IMG/VR virus record: IMGVR_UViG_2928929829_000001
Coordinates: 16-64,015 of that record
DNA from: a virus
Strand: one strand, 5' to 3'
DNA: 64,000 bases
The translations under genes and the position numbers were made by a program. The notes beneath the pieces were generated by a model. That model searched no databases. It was not told where the DNA came from and saw only the letters and a list, made by a program, of their open reading frames with translations. Shown here piece after piece: positions 9,562 to 19,900 of the stretch. Each line of letters opens with the position of its first letter. Within the stretch, counting starts at the first letter, position 1.

Positions 9562-11111
9562 TAAATGCATTTCTATCTTTTCAAAAACCTTTTGCAGTTC
9601 AAAAAGTAGAAAAACCAGAATCCATAGAATTTATTGTGATTGATCTTTTTTGTGGAGCTGGCGGAACAACCACGGGATTTGCAAACGCAAAGAACAAAAA
9701 AGGGGATCCAGTAGCATTAATAGCAGCTTGTGTAAATCACGATCACAAAGCGATAAAATCACACTGGGAAAATCACCCAGAAGTTTATCACTTTGAAGAA
9801 GATATCCGAATATTGAATTTGGAACCTTTAATAGAAATTTTAAGGGCTTATAAAAAAGAATACCCAAATGCAAAAGTGATTCTTTGGGCTTCTTTAGAGT
9901 GCACCAATTTTTCTAAAGCAAAAGGAGGGCAAGCTCGGGATGCAGATAGCAGAACGTTAGCAGAGCATTTAGATCGATACATTACAGCACTAAATCCCGA
10001 CTACGTTCAAATCGAAAATGTAGTTGAATTCATGAGTTGGGGGCCTTTAGATAAGAAAGGAAAACCAATTAGTATGAAGTCCGGTCAAGATTGGTTGCGT
10101 TGGAGAAATCACATAAATTCTTTCGGTTATCGCGATGAATGGAAGGAACTCAACAGTGCTAATTTCGGAGCCTACACTTCTCGAAATCGCCTTTTCGGAT
10201 GTTTCGCTAAAAGTGGGTTGCCGATAACTTGGCCAGAACCAACTCATTCAAAACTACCGTCGACAATTACTGATTTGTTTAACTCAGGTTTAAAAAAATG
10301 GAAACCTGTTAAAGAGGTCTTAGATTTTGATGATGAAGGTGAATCTATTTTTACTCGCAAAAAACCACTTGTAGAAGCTACTCTTCAAAGAATTTATGCC
10401 GGACTTATCAAGCATGTTGCAGGAGGAGAAAAAGCTTTTATTGCAAAATATTTCAGCGGAAGACCAGCAGGAAAAGTCACATCGATTGATAATCCACTAG
10501 GAACTCTTACAACTGCATGTAATCAATCTGTAGTTAATGTGTCATTTTTGACCAAATACTATGGCACGGGAGATAATGTCTCTTCAATTGAAGAACCGGC
10601 AGGAACAGTAACAACAAAAGATCGTTTTACAAAAGTTCAATGTAATTGGCTAGATAAGCAATACTCTGGAAAGCATAATCATCAAAGTATCGAACAACCA
10701 GCCGGCACAATAATGACTTCAGACAAACACGCTTTAGTCAGTGCACCATTTATACTCAATCCAAGTCACGGAGGACACACAATGCACACAAATCAGCCGT
10801 GCCCAGTTATTATTGCTCGACAAGATAAGGCACCATTGTACTTAGTCAATTATAACCAAGACCCAAATGTCGTGATTGAAATTTACGAAGACGATAGTGA
10901 AACCATGATTAAAATTAAAGAGTTCATGGCCCTTTACGGTATCTCGGACATTAAAATGCGAATGTTGAAAGTTCTTGAGTTGAAATTAATACAAGGATTT
11001 CCATTGAATTACAAATTATTTGGTAACCAAAGCGATCAGAAAAAATTTATCGGAAACAGTGTTGTTCCGCATGTTGTGCAATCATGGGCAGAAGCTCAAT
11101 GTCTAAATTAA
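9558..11111 (+). CDS. dcm: DNA cytosine-5 methyltransferase
   Basis: Motif I 'DLFCGAGG', motif IV 'SLECTNFS', motif VI 'ENV', motif VIII 'SRNRLF', motif X 'IGNSV'. Confidence 0.92.
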   Translation: MINAFLSFQKPFAVQKVEKPESIEFIVIDLFCGAGGTTTGFANAKNKKGDPVALIAACVNHDHKAIKSHWENHPEVYHFEEDIRILNLEPLIEILRAYKKEYPNAKVILWASLECTNFSKAKGGQARDADSRTLAEHLDRYITALNPDYVQIENVVEFMSWGPLDKKGKPISMKSGQDWLRWRNHINSFGYRDEWKELNSANFGAYTSRNRLFGCFAKSGLPITWPEPTHSKLPSTITDLFNSGLKKWKPVKEVLDFDDEGESIFTRKKPLVEATLQRIYAGLIKHVAGGEKAFIAKYFSGRPAGKVTSIDNPLGTLTTACNQSVVNVSFLTKYYGTGDNVSSIEEPAGTVTTKDRFTKVQCNWLDKQYSGKHNHQSIEQPAGTIMTSDKHALVSAPFILNPSHGGHTMHTNQPCPVIIARQDKAPLYLVNYNQDPNVVIEIYEDDSETMIKIKEFMALYGISDIKMRMLKVLELKLIQGFPLNYKLFGNQSDQKKFIGNSVVPHVVQSWAEAQCLN

Positions 11112-11121
11112 AACTTAACCT

Positions 11122-11334
11122 ATGAACCTATCCGACAAAATAAAGCAAACTGCCACGTTTAAATCACTCGATAACGTACAGCAGAAAATATACGGCAGTT
11201 CCAAAATGAGAATTCAATTCGAGCATCACTTACGAATGATTTCATTAATCGGTTCTGACGAATGGGAGAAAATCGAGCATCCCAATGGAGTAGTAAAAGG
11301 AATTATAAAAGAAATAGAAGATGAAGAAAATTAA
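11122..11334 (+). CDS. Hypothetical protein
   Basis: 70-aa ORF in operon. Confidence 0.6.
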   Translation: MNLSDKIKQTATFKSLDNVQQKIYGSSKMRIQFEHHLRMISLIGSDEWEKIEHPNGVVKGIIKEIEDEEN

Positions 11335-11848
11335 TTGGCAGTCACAGCACTGCGGAATCATTCACGGAGAGTATTCGGACATTTTAGAATATATGCCCGA
11401 TTTAAAAGGACTACTCTCTACTTTCCCCGAAAATCCAAGTGATTTTATTTGGGATGTAAAAGTACATATGCTAATGCCTAATCAATACCCATGTATTCCA
11501 AATTGGCACAGAGATATGATTCCTCGCGATGAAAATCTAAAAGAAGATGAAACTTTAATCGACGATACAAAACCAATGTATCTATGGCTTTCAAATTCTC
11601 CACTAACGATTTTCAAAACTAAGGATGGACAAGAATTTGAAATTGTCCCCGAACAATGGCACCGGTTCACTCAAAGAGATTGGCACAAAGGACAGATGGC
11701 AACAGACTTTTGTTGGAGAGGTTTAATACGAGCTTGTCATAAGGATTTAGGGATTAATTCAACAACTGTAAATAATCCCTTCAGAAATAGAAATCCGCTG
11801 CGAAGACATACACAAGTTTACTTGGATGCATCTAACTTTAAATGGTAA
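11321..11848 (+). CDS. 2OG-Fe(II) dioxygenase-like protein
   Basis: HxD ('WHRD'), distal His ('WHKG') and Arg ('WRGLIR') in double-stranded beta-helix spacing. Confidence 0.65.
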   Translation: MKKINWQSQHCGIIHGEYSDILEYMPDLKGLLSTFPENPSDFIWDVKVHMLMPNQYPCIPNWHRDMIPRDENLKEDETLIDDTKPMYLWLSNSPLTIFKTKDGQEFEIVPEQWHRFTQRDWHKGQMATDFCWRGLIRACHKDLGINSTTVNNPFRNRNPLRRHTQVYLDASNFKW

Positions 11849-12084
11849 AATATAATCCTGACGAGTGGAACTTTCCAAAAAACACTAAAGCATGTTACTA
11901 TGCAGGTCATAAAACCACTCATGAAAAAGTATTAATACCAATGTGTTGGGGAACAGTCCATAGTTTCGATTTGGACGACTGTTATTGTGATAATAAAAAA
12001 GAACCTACAAAAGCAGAATTACAAAATACGATTCAGATTCTTAAAGAAAGAATCGAAGAACTTGAAGAAAATAAAACTATATGA
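11842..12084 (+). CDS. Hypothetical protein
   Basis: 80-aa ORF with Cys/His residues and a C-terminal coiled coil. Confidence 0.6.
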   Translation: MVKYNPDEWNFPKNTKACYYAGHKTTHEKVLIPMCWGTVHSFDLDDCYCDNKKEPTKAELQNTIQILKERIEELEENKTI

Positions 12085-12263
12085 CAAAAAGCCATAATCA
12101 CGACCATTTTTGGATCGAGGACGAAATCCTGTATGAAAGCTATCGAACCATTCGAGGATTACGATATCGCCAAATAATGGAAGTACTCGGATTAAAAAAT
12201 TGCGAGCGATGCTCCGAAGAAATATTACAACAACTATCTAAAACTTCCCACTATAATTTGTAA
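12081..12263 (+). CDS. Hypothetical protein
   Basis: 60-aa ORF, ATGA overlap. Confidence 0.55.
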   Translation: MTKSHNHDHFWIEDEILYESYRTIRGLRYRQIMEVLGLKNCERCSEEILQQLSKTSHYNL

Positions 12264-12276
12264 GTGGTAAAACGAA

Positions 12277-12606
12277 ATGGAACAATTGAAAAGTAAGTCA
12301 TACACATTAAGAGATGAAAGCGGTAGCTGGCTAGGGCAAATTGTATTAACATCAGATGGATTCTTCGGATCAGTAACCGATTGGGGTAATTTATCATTCG
12401 CATGGAGACATACAGGTAAAGAAGATTTTAGAGAGTTTTTATGTGGCTTAAACACACAATATTTTGGAGGAAAAATGTATCAAGGAAATACTTACATACT
12501 TTATTCTGCAAAATGTGAAAAATCCTGTATTGTTTTTGCTGAAAAAATATTACCCGCATTACAAAAAGCACTAAGGGAGGATATTGCTAAGAATCCAAAT
12601 TGGTAG
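12277..12606 (+). CDS. Hypothetical protein
   Basis: 109-aa ORF in operon. Confidence 0.7.
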   Translation: MEQLKSKSYTLRDESGSWLGQIVLTSDGFFGSVTDWGNLSFAWRHTGKEDFREFLCGLNTQYFGGKMYQGNTYILYSAKCEKSCIVFAEKILPALQKALREDIAKNPNW

Positions 12607-12610
12607 TTCT

Positions 12611-13156
12611 ATGCTAGAAGTTCTAAACAACTACCTACCCGACCCTCTATTTCAAGAACTACAAGATTATTGCTATCAAAATGACTTCGAAAGAGTTCAA
12701 GCAGGCGAAAAAGAGTTTGAAATTTTAGAAATTCCGCCCGAGATACTCCCCTATTTGGAAATTGACGGCTACGAAATGAATTTAAGCTTTATAAGACGAG
12801 CGCACAAAGATTTCGATACAGATTGGCGCATCCATGCCGATAACATCATAAACGGAAAGAAAACGCTATTAGCGAGCGTGCTTTACATTAACAAAGCCGA
12901 GGGAGTTTCAGAAAACGGAACAGCAATGTGGATTCACGAAAAACACGGAACTCATTTACCAGAAGATATATCCAATGAGGAATTTGATCGGCTGCTTTTA
13001 GAAGATAGCAACGACCTAAGCAAGTGGGAAAAAAGGGAGTATATAAGAAATAAACCAAACCGACTGCTCACCTATTCCGCTACTATATTTCATAGCAAAT
13101 ATCCCCATATTATAGAATTAGGTGAGCGAATCGTTTTGGTAGCTTTTTATTGTTAG
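12611..13156 (+). CDS. 2OG-Fe(II) dioxygenase (DUF6445/2OG-FeII_Oxy_3-like)
   Basis: 'RIHAD', 'SVLYIN', 'NRLLTY..TIFHS', 'RIVLVAF'; start re-assigned to 12611. Confidence 0.75.
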   Translation: MLEVLNNYLPDPLFQELQDYCYQNDFERVQAGEKEFEILEIPPEILPYLEIDGYEMNLSFIRRAHKDFDTDWRIHADNIINGKKTLLASVLYINKAEGVSENGTAMWIHEKHGTHLPEDISNEEFDRLLLEDSNDLSKWEKREYIRNKPNRLLTYSATIFHSKYPHIIELGERIVLVAFYC

Positions 13157-13157
13157 A

Positions 13158-13391
13158 TTAACACTTACAGTTACTTTTATCTATATATGTCTTGTTTTTA
13201 TTCTTGTTGATGTAATAACATCCCCCGCTAGCACCTTTGTAAAGAGTATTCCCTTTGTAGCTACCACAAATTTTATCGCTACCAGAAATATTGGAGCCAT
13301 TCCCAGAATTATATTTATTAGAACTACTACCGTCATCTTTACTACAAGCAAAAAAGAAAGAGATAGCAATTAAAAGTATTAGTTTTTTCAT
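13158..13391 (-). CDS. Small lipoprotein with PBCV basic-adaptor-like C-terminus (moron)
   Basis: Lipobox 'FFFAC', Ser/Gly/Asn linker, 'LYKGASGGCYYINKNKNKTYI'; opposite strand to the surrounding operon; own TATATTTG box at 13413-13420. Confidence 0.75.
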   Translation of the reverse strand: MKKLILLIAISFFFACSKDDGSSSNKYNSGNGSNISGSDKICGSYKGNTLYKGASGGCYYINKNKNKTYIDKSNCKC

Positions 13392-13478
13392 TTTTCAAAA
13401 ATTAAAATTTAACAAATATACTGATGTAGAATCAGAATGATATACGGAAAACCTCACTAATATTAAAAACACAAATTT

Positions 13479-14534
13479 ATGATCAATTTATTCAACACAC
13501 ACATTGAAACATTGTCAATTCACAAAGTTGGTAACAAAAGTCGCAACGAAAAAATGTTTCTTTCTGACGAGTCATTAAAGCTAAATGATGAAATCGTGCC
13601 ACTAATAAAAGAGTTCTTTTTTAAACCTTTTCGAGAGAAAGAAGAAAGTTATTTTCAATTTGCTCACGATGTTGATATCGAGTTCAACGAAATGTTTAAT
13701 CTGGCCACATCAATTTTTGAAAGTCCTGATAAACTACACGAGGTATCTAAGAAAATCACTACTCACCTATTTGAACAATCGAATCATCCGCATATTAAAA
13801 TCGGCGAAGTATATGTGGCCTACCTAACTAATGTTTCAATAGACAACAATGTAGTAGATGCAATTGGAATTTTTAAAAGTGAAATCAAAAACGATTACTT
13901 CGAGATTAACGAAAACGAAAGCCGATTAGAGTTACAACTAAAACAAGGGATTTCTCTTGATAAATTAGACAAAGGCTGCATCATATTCAATTACAAAAAA
14001 GAAGACGGCTATAAGGTCCTGAGCATTGATTCTAATCGTTACGATGCTAGATATTGGTTAGAACATTTCTTATCAGTCGATGCTTTCCAAGATGAAAACT
14101 TCTTTACCAAAAAATACTTGAAATTCTGTCAGGATTTTGCAAAAGACGTGGTGCTTCAGGCCGAAGATAAAAAAGAAGAGGTAATGTTTATGAACCGATC
14201 CGTAAACTACTTTGCTAAAAATGATGACTTCGAAGAAAGCAGCTTCTTAAATGAAGTAATCGACAACCCTGATTTGATTTCGGAGTTCAAAAACTACAAG
14301 GTTGATAAGGGCGAAAAATACAGCATTGAGGACGTGAGCAATTTTGCGATATCCAATTCGGCAGTAACCGATGCTCGAAAGAAATTCAAAAACGTGATTA
14401 ACCTGGACACTAACATTACAATCAAACTTGATTTTATCAATCCGGAAAGCGCTGAAAAATTCATTGAAAAAGGTTGGGATGAAGAAAAACAGATGTACTA
14501 CTATTTGTGTTATTTCAACAAAGAAAATAAGTAA
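13479..14534 (+). CDS. ndpA: Nucleoid-associated protein NdpA/YejK (NA37 family)
   Basis: 'LSIHKVGNK', 'IGIFKSE', 'GISLDKLDKGCIIFN', 'YWLEHFL' typical of Bacteroidetes NA37 proteins. Confidence 0.85.
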   Translation: MINLFNTHIETLSIHKVGNKSRNEKMFLSDESLKLNDEIVPLIKEFFFKPFREKEESYFQFAHDVDIEFNEMFNLATSIFESPDKLHEVSKKITTHLFEQSNHPHIKIGEVYVAYLTNVSIDNNVVDAIGIFKSEIKNDYFEINENESRLELQLKQGISLDKLDKGCIIFNYKKEDGYKVLSIDSNRYDARYWLEHFLSVDAFQDENFFTKKYLKFCQDFAKDVVLQAEDKKEEVMFMNRSVNYFAKNDDFEESSFLNEVIDNPDLISEFKNYKVDKGEKYSIEDVSNFAISNSAVTDARKKFKNVINLDTNITIKLDFINPESAEKFIEKGWDEEKQMYYYLCYFNKENK

Positions 14535-15010
14535 TGAGTGGGGAGAAATTAACTCACAGTGAGATAATTGAAATTGGTTACAAGTGGTTATTCTCAAAAT
14601 GCAGCTTTGCAGTAAAGGACCTCGTTACTCACAATCAGGAAACCCCTGATATAATTGGATGGAATGCCGAAGGAAGCTTTTTGTTAGAAGCAAAAGTAAG
14701 TAGGAGCGATTTCCTCGCGGATAAGAAAAAACCATTTCGGCTAAATCCTGAAACAGGCATGGGAGATTGGCGTTTTTTTATTGCTCCCAAAGGATTAATA
14801 AGAGTTGAGGAATTACCCGATATGTGGGGATTAATTGAAGTCAACGAAAAAAGAAAAGCGACAATGGTTCATAATCCTTTTGGTAAAGGAAACATTTACT
14901 GCACTTGGCATAAACATGAAAAATGTAATGGTAGCGAAGTTATAATTATGAAGTCGGTTTTACGGCGGCTTCATCAAAAAGGATTAATTAATGAAATCTA
15001 TAAAAAGTAA
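14534..15010 (+). CDS. MmcB-like PD-(D/E)xK nuclease
   Basis: 'ETPDIIGW...LLEAKVSRSDFLADKKKPFR...GMGDWRFFIAP'. Confidence 0.7.
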   Translation: MSGEKLTHSEIIEIGYKWLFSKCSFAVKDLVTHNQETPDIIGWNAEGSFLLEAKVSRSDFLADKKKPFRLNPETGMGDWRFFIAPKGLIRVEELPDMWGLIEVNEKRKATMVHNPFGKGNIYCTWHKHEKCNGSEVIIMKSVLRRLHQKGLINEIYKK

Positions 15011-15012
15011 TT

Positions 15013-15429
15013 ATGGGAATAGATAAAAAACAGATTTTACAATTAGCTGCTAACGGGGTTAGTTTTTATTGTGAAGATACAGACTCAGGAGAATATGAAA
15101 TACTAAATGTAACTAGCATTGACTTAGCTCATGAAACCATAGAAATAGGAGCAACTACCTTTGACTTTGAAGACATTGGAAAATACGTTAAACCAGTCAT
15201 GCATCCTTTATCCGATTTAGCCGAAGAAATAACTCATAACGGTGAAACTTTTGTTCCTTATGATGAACTAGATAATTATCATAACTTTTCTAAAGTCAAT
15301 TATAATGATATTGAAAAAGATCCAACTAGATACCCATATACAATTGTATGCAAGCTATTAGAATGGCACTTCGATATATTCGGTTTAATAGAAAATAATT
15401 TGGCGATAAACATTAACACATTGGACTAA
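15013..15429 (+). CDS. Hypothetical protein
   Basis: 138-aa ORF in operon. Confidence 0.7.
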   Translation: MGIDKKQILQLAANGVSFYCEDTDSGEYEILNVTSIDLAHETIEIGATTFDFEDIGKYVKPVMHPLSDLAEEITHNGETFVPYDELDNYHNFSKVNYNDIEKDPTRYPYTIVCKLLEWHFDIFGLIENNLAININTLD

Positions 15430-15809
15430 TGGAAGCAAACGAACTAAGAATAGGTAATGCAGTAACCTATAAGGATAAAACTGTAATTGTTGAAGCAATC
15501 ACCAGCGATGGTATATCCGTATCAGGATATGAGAATGGCAGGTTTACTCCAGTGTATTTATGCAACGTCAATTTAAAACCAATCACGATTACTGAAGATG
15601 TGCTATTAAGGCATGGGTTTATTTACCTCCATGATAAACATAGTTTTTTTATTCATGGTAATGAGGTAAATATTAAAATTGATAAAAAGATTAGATGGAT
15701 TGCTTGGTGTAACACAGTTTTGACTAATGTAGAAATAAAATACCTCCATCAACTCCAAAACCTATATTTCATATTAACTGGAAAAGAACTAATAGAAAAA
15801 ACTGAATAA
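15429..15809 (+). CDS. Hypothetical protein (YopX-like)
   Basis: 'ELRIGN', 'LKPITITEDVLLRHGF', 'YLHQLQNLYF' pattern common in Bacteroidetes phages. Confidence 0.55.
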   Translation: MEANELRIGNAVTYKDKTVIVEAITSDGISVSGYENGRFTPVYLCNVNLKPITITEDVLLRHGFIYLHDKHSFFIHGNEVNIKIDKKIRWIAWCNTVLTNVEIKYLHQLQNLYFILTGKELIEKTE

Positions 15810-15854
15810 CAACCAAAAACCTCGCGATGTAAAGGCAAATCGCTAATCTATGTT

Positions 15855-16025
15855 ATGACTAAAGTTGACACACTTTTAGAAATGGCTAACGCAGCCAAAA
15901 TCGAGGAACAAAAATTTGAAAAGGGAAATAAATCAAGCGGTACCCGTTTGAGAAAACACCTCCTTGAAATTGGAAAGTTAACCAAGGAAATCCGAAAGGA
16001 AGTTTCAGAAAAAAAGAACGCATAA
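15855..16025 (+). CDS. Histone H1-like protein Hc1 family (56 aa, below ORF-track cutoff)
   Basis: MTKVDTLLEMANAAKIEEQKFEKGNKSSGTRLRKHLLEIGKLTKEIRKEVSEKKNA; 'KGNK..GTR.RK..LE' signature. Confidence 0.8.
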   Translation: MTKVDTLLEMANAAKIEEQKFEKGNKSSGTRLRKHLLEIGKLTKEIRKEVSEKKNA

Positions 16026-16028
16026 AAC

Positions 16029-16051
16029 AAAAAGCCCGTTACGGGCTTTTT
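16029..16051. terminator. Bidirectional intrinsic terminator
   Basis: AAAAAGCCCG-TTA-CGGGCTTTTT between convergent genes. Confidence 0.85.
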
Positions 16052-16061
16052 CTGTTTATTC

Positions 16062-16727
16062 TTATTCAAAATCTATAATACATTGTATTTCATTTTTTAA
16101 GCGAAGTAGGTTTAAATTTGCATTCTTGAGATGTTTTATACACGGCTTTCCTCCCTTTTTAATTTCAATTTCAGTTTCTAAAAATTTCAATGATATTGCT
16201 AAATAATTTATTTTCTTCTTGATTGTCATGTAATCTTCTAAAGTTATTTTATTGACTTCATTTTCCCTGAACTTAATCTCTTTTCGATCAACTTTTTTTA
16301 ACAAAAATTCGTCGTCAGGTAATTTATTAAAGCCCAATTTTAATAATATTTTTTCAGAATCCTCTGGAAAGTTGTCTGCCGTATCAACTGTAACACGTTG
16401 ACTTCTCCGTGATGAAAATAGATGATCTATTATTACCTCTTCCATCGCATTAGTTAAAATCCCTTGTTTGCGATGTTCTTTAAGTACATACCAATGCAAA
16501 TTTGTATTATCCATATCCAAGACTGCACCAACAAAAATATTGTCTTTGTTTTTTATAAAATAAACTTTGTAAGGATTTGTTGGAGTGTTGTAATCATAAT
16601 CTATAGGGTCTTTTAACAAAGCTGTTCCGTAGTAGACATTATCATAAAGTAAAGTAGTTTTTATTAACTCACAAGGGGATTCTGAGTTTAGCTTGTCAAT
16701 TAAATTTTTTAGGTCAAGATGTGTCAT
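16062..16727 (-). CDS. GNAT-family acetyltransferase (moron)
   Basis: 'LHWYVLKEHRKQGILTNAM' acetyl-CoA motif A; 'SEKILLKLGF'; own TAGTTTTG box at 16752-16759; AT-rich. Confidence 0.75.
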   Translation of the reverse strand: MTHLDLKNLIDKLNSESPCELIKTTLLYDNVYYGTALLKDPIDYDYNTPTNPYKVYFIKNKDNIFVGAVLDMDNTNLHWYVLKEHRKQGILTNAMEEVIIDHLFSSRRSQRVTVDTADNFPEDSEKILLKLGFNKLPDDEFLLKKVDRKEIKFRENEVNKITLEDYMTIKKKINYLAISLKFLETEIEIKKGGKPCIKHLKNANLNLLRLKNEIQCIIDFE

Positions 16728-16892
16728 GAATTATTTTTAAAAGATTGAATTCAAAACTATAAATTTAATAAATAACAAAGCAGACTAAATAGTGTTTTTT
16801 TTAAACTAATATTTACTTATCTTTGTGATATTAAACTAGTTATATATGAAAACGTTTTCATATAAATCATACAAACTTAATATAATCACTAT

Positions 16893-16920
16893 AAAAAAGC
16901 CCCTATTTCGGGGCTTTTTT
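16893..16920. terminator. Bidirectional intrinsic terminator at the end of the late operon
   Basis: AAAAAAGCCCC-TATTTC-GGGGCTTTTTT overlapping the stop of the 2548-aa gene. Confidence 0.85.
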
Positions 16921-19900
16921 CGTTTCATTAATCAGTTGACGATACTCAAACATCGCTTCTGCGTTTATCGCTTTGTATTGAAACATCTGCCTTTTAAGTT
17001 TTAAATCCTCTTTGGATAGTTTTTCGGAATTGTTTAAATCTGAACCAAATAACTCAACCATCAATAAAGCTTTGTGCTGTGCATTGTTCGCATACTTAAT
17101 TTCAAATACAGCGGAGTTTACATTTTTGTTTTTGATTTGATCGCTAACTCGAGTTCTAGCACGCTTCTTGTCATAAGCACTCATATCCGTAGTGATTTCA
17201 TTTAATTTTTTATTCACTTCGGTTCGAGTTATATTTCCATCCAAATGATCCTTTACAACTGCTTTTACTTCATTTTTAAATTTGAGGTTTTCGATTTCAA
17301 TTTTTTCAAGTTCTTTTTTAATTTCTTCGTTTTGCCCTATTCTACGGTTGAACTCGCTGGTTTCCTTAACAGCTCGATTAAAGGACGATTTAAGCATGTC
17401 GTTTTTAAACTTGTCCATTATGGCCTTTGAGTCTTTATCGGACATCATAGCATCCATTCCGCCGTAAAGCATACCGATATAAGGCGAAGTACTTGGAGTT
17501 GTCACAATACTTTCTACAGCTGCTTTCATTCTTACTGGTGACCATCCCTGTTGCTCTCCAATTTTTTTGTAAAAATCCTCAACTGATGCGTTTTCGAATC
17601 CTTCTGCCGGAACAGGAACTTTTCCTCTTAAAATAGATAAATCTTGTTCGCGGAAAAAATCATAACCCGTTGCATAAGACAAAGCGCCTTTAATAAGTGG
17701 ATTTCTGGTGACATTATCTGTTATTCCAAATTCAACGGGGCTAATGTTTTTCTCTAATGCAAATCCGATATCCCGTATTGTATTACTCCTTGATTTATCT
17801 CCTGCAGATGCCTTCATGTAATCTCTCATGATATTTTCAGTCAAGGAAAAAAATGGTGTCAACTGTTGGGCCTTGGCTATTCTAAAATATTGAAATTCTC
17901 CTTTATCATTTCGGTTACCATTAAAGACGATGAAATAATTAATACGATCATACTTCGAAACACCTTTAATCGCTTTATTGTAAAGCTCTGAGCTAGTCAT
18001 ATCCTTTTCATCTTCACTCCCGGTTCCTGATAATAACGCTAAACTAACTCCAATCGGAACAGACGACATAATTGCTGCAGCTTGAGTAACTCGCAAAGTA
18101 GTTTCAATTGGACGTTCTCTAAAATTATCAAACATTACTCTTGTTCCTTGAGTAGCGGCATTCAAATATGGAATAAAAGCATCGATATCTTTTGTTATTG
18201 CCCCGCCTTGGTTGAAATCCATGGTATTCCTAGCAGATGATACGGCATTGGTATAGATGTCTTCCAACTGATTTTTTTCTGTAACTTCTTCAATTTTTTT
18301 TAACCCCAATTCTTTGAGTTGATTTTTAATTGAGCGATTGAATACAGCCATTCTAAAGCCTACTTCTGAATACATCTGTAAACTTTGAAGTGTAGCTACG
18401 CTAAAAGCTTTTTTAGTTCTTTCCTTGGTCTTATTGTCAATCTTATCCAAAACTTTTTGCATGGAAGAAGTACCTTTAAATCTACCTTGTTCCATTAAGA
18501 AATCCATCATCCCACCATATTTAATGAAGTTCTTGAAATTGTCGGTTTCCTTTCTAATATCGCGAATACCTTGTGAAGCATCACCTGTAAGTTGAACAAA
18601 ATTTTTAAGCAAATTCGCGCCATATTCTTCTGAAAAAGTAGAGATAAAAAGAAAATCTCTAGGAGTATTGGTAATAAAGAAAGTTGGATTATTCCCAGTT
18701 GCAATAGCTTTTACTAACCCTACACCGGAACTCATGGCAACCTTTTCTTTAATATCAGGTGTTTTAAAAATTCTTGCCATGGAATCAAAATACTGCTCAT
18801 GAAACTGATCCTCCATGAGAATATTATTCTTTACCCCATTTACATAATAATAAGTGTTAGAAAAGCCTATAGGAGTTTTCTTTGTCTTATAAATGGGATT
18901 ACCTGATTCCGTAAAACCAATGATAGGGTTGTGTTTTACTCGTTTTTGTAATTCCTCAAAATATTTAATCGTATCGCGTTCTTTCTTGGTTGGATTAATT
19001 TTGGATTTTAATTGAGCGACCTCAGTTGCTTGTTTTTCCATAAATTCAACGAGCTTACTATTAGTACGGTTCAAAGCAATCGTCTTTGCTCGCATATTGA
19101 TAGCTCGTGAAAGCAAGTATTGTGAATCATTGACTAAGGAGGTGTCAAGACCTCTTTCTAATTTCTGTATTTGTTCTTGTCCAAGTCCTCCAGTGTTCCC
19201 ATTATCCAAATGGGCTGTTTCGGTTTCTGCATTTTGCATGAACTCTAAAAACTGTCTCGGTTGGTAATCAATATCAAAAAAACGGTCCCGGCTTTCTTTT
19301 GAGATTATTCCGGTCTCGAGCATCTGGTCCAATAAATCGCGGAAAGTATCAAAATAAGCTTCAGAACGCTTTACTAAATCATTGAATTTTTCGGAACCTA
19401 ATTCGGTTTCAAGCGTGCTTAAATAAGCTTTAGCAACGTTATCGTTAATATAATCCTGATGAACAACTGTTGGTAAATTCTCTTTCCGACGGTTCTCGTC
19501 TATCGCGATAAAGCGTTTCAATTGGATTACCCTATCAAGAAGTTTAATTTCAGGAGATGAAAGGCCCTTGTATATTTTAGAATGTGCTTCATCATACATC
19601 TGTTTAGCGAATGCCGTTGCTCCTTTACTTGCTACAATGTAGTTTCTGACTAGTCTACCTCCAGATTTATTAAGGATGAATTTTGGTAAGAACTGACGAT
19701 CAAAGAACTTTGCTATGAAAGTAGAAAAAGCTTTATCCAAACTAAATTTAGGATTCATTAGAGCATCTGCTTCTTTATCAGCTTTGTCAAAAGAATCGTC
19801 GACAATCTTTTTAGCATCCTCTTCTGTAACTGCTTTTTGTCTTTCTAAATAATCCTTGGCCATCATCTTTTCCATACGGTCAGAATATTGTTTTAAAATA

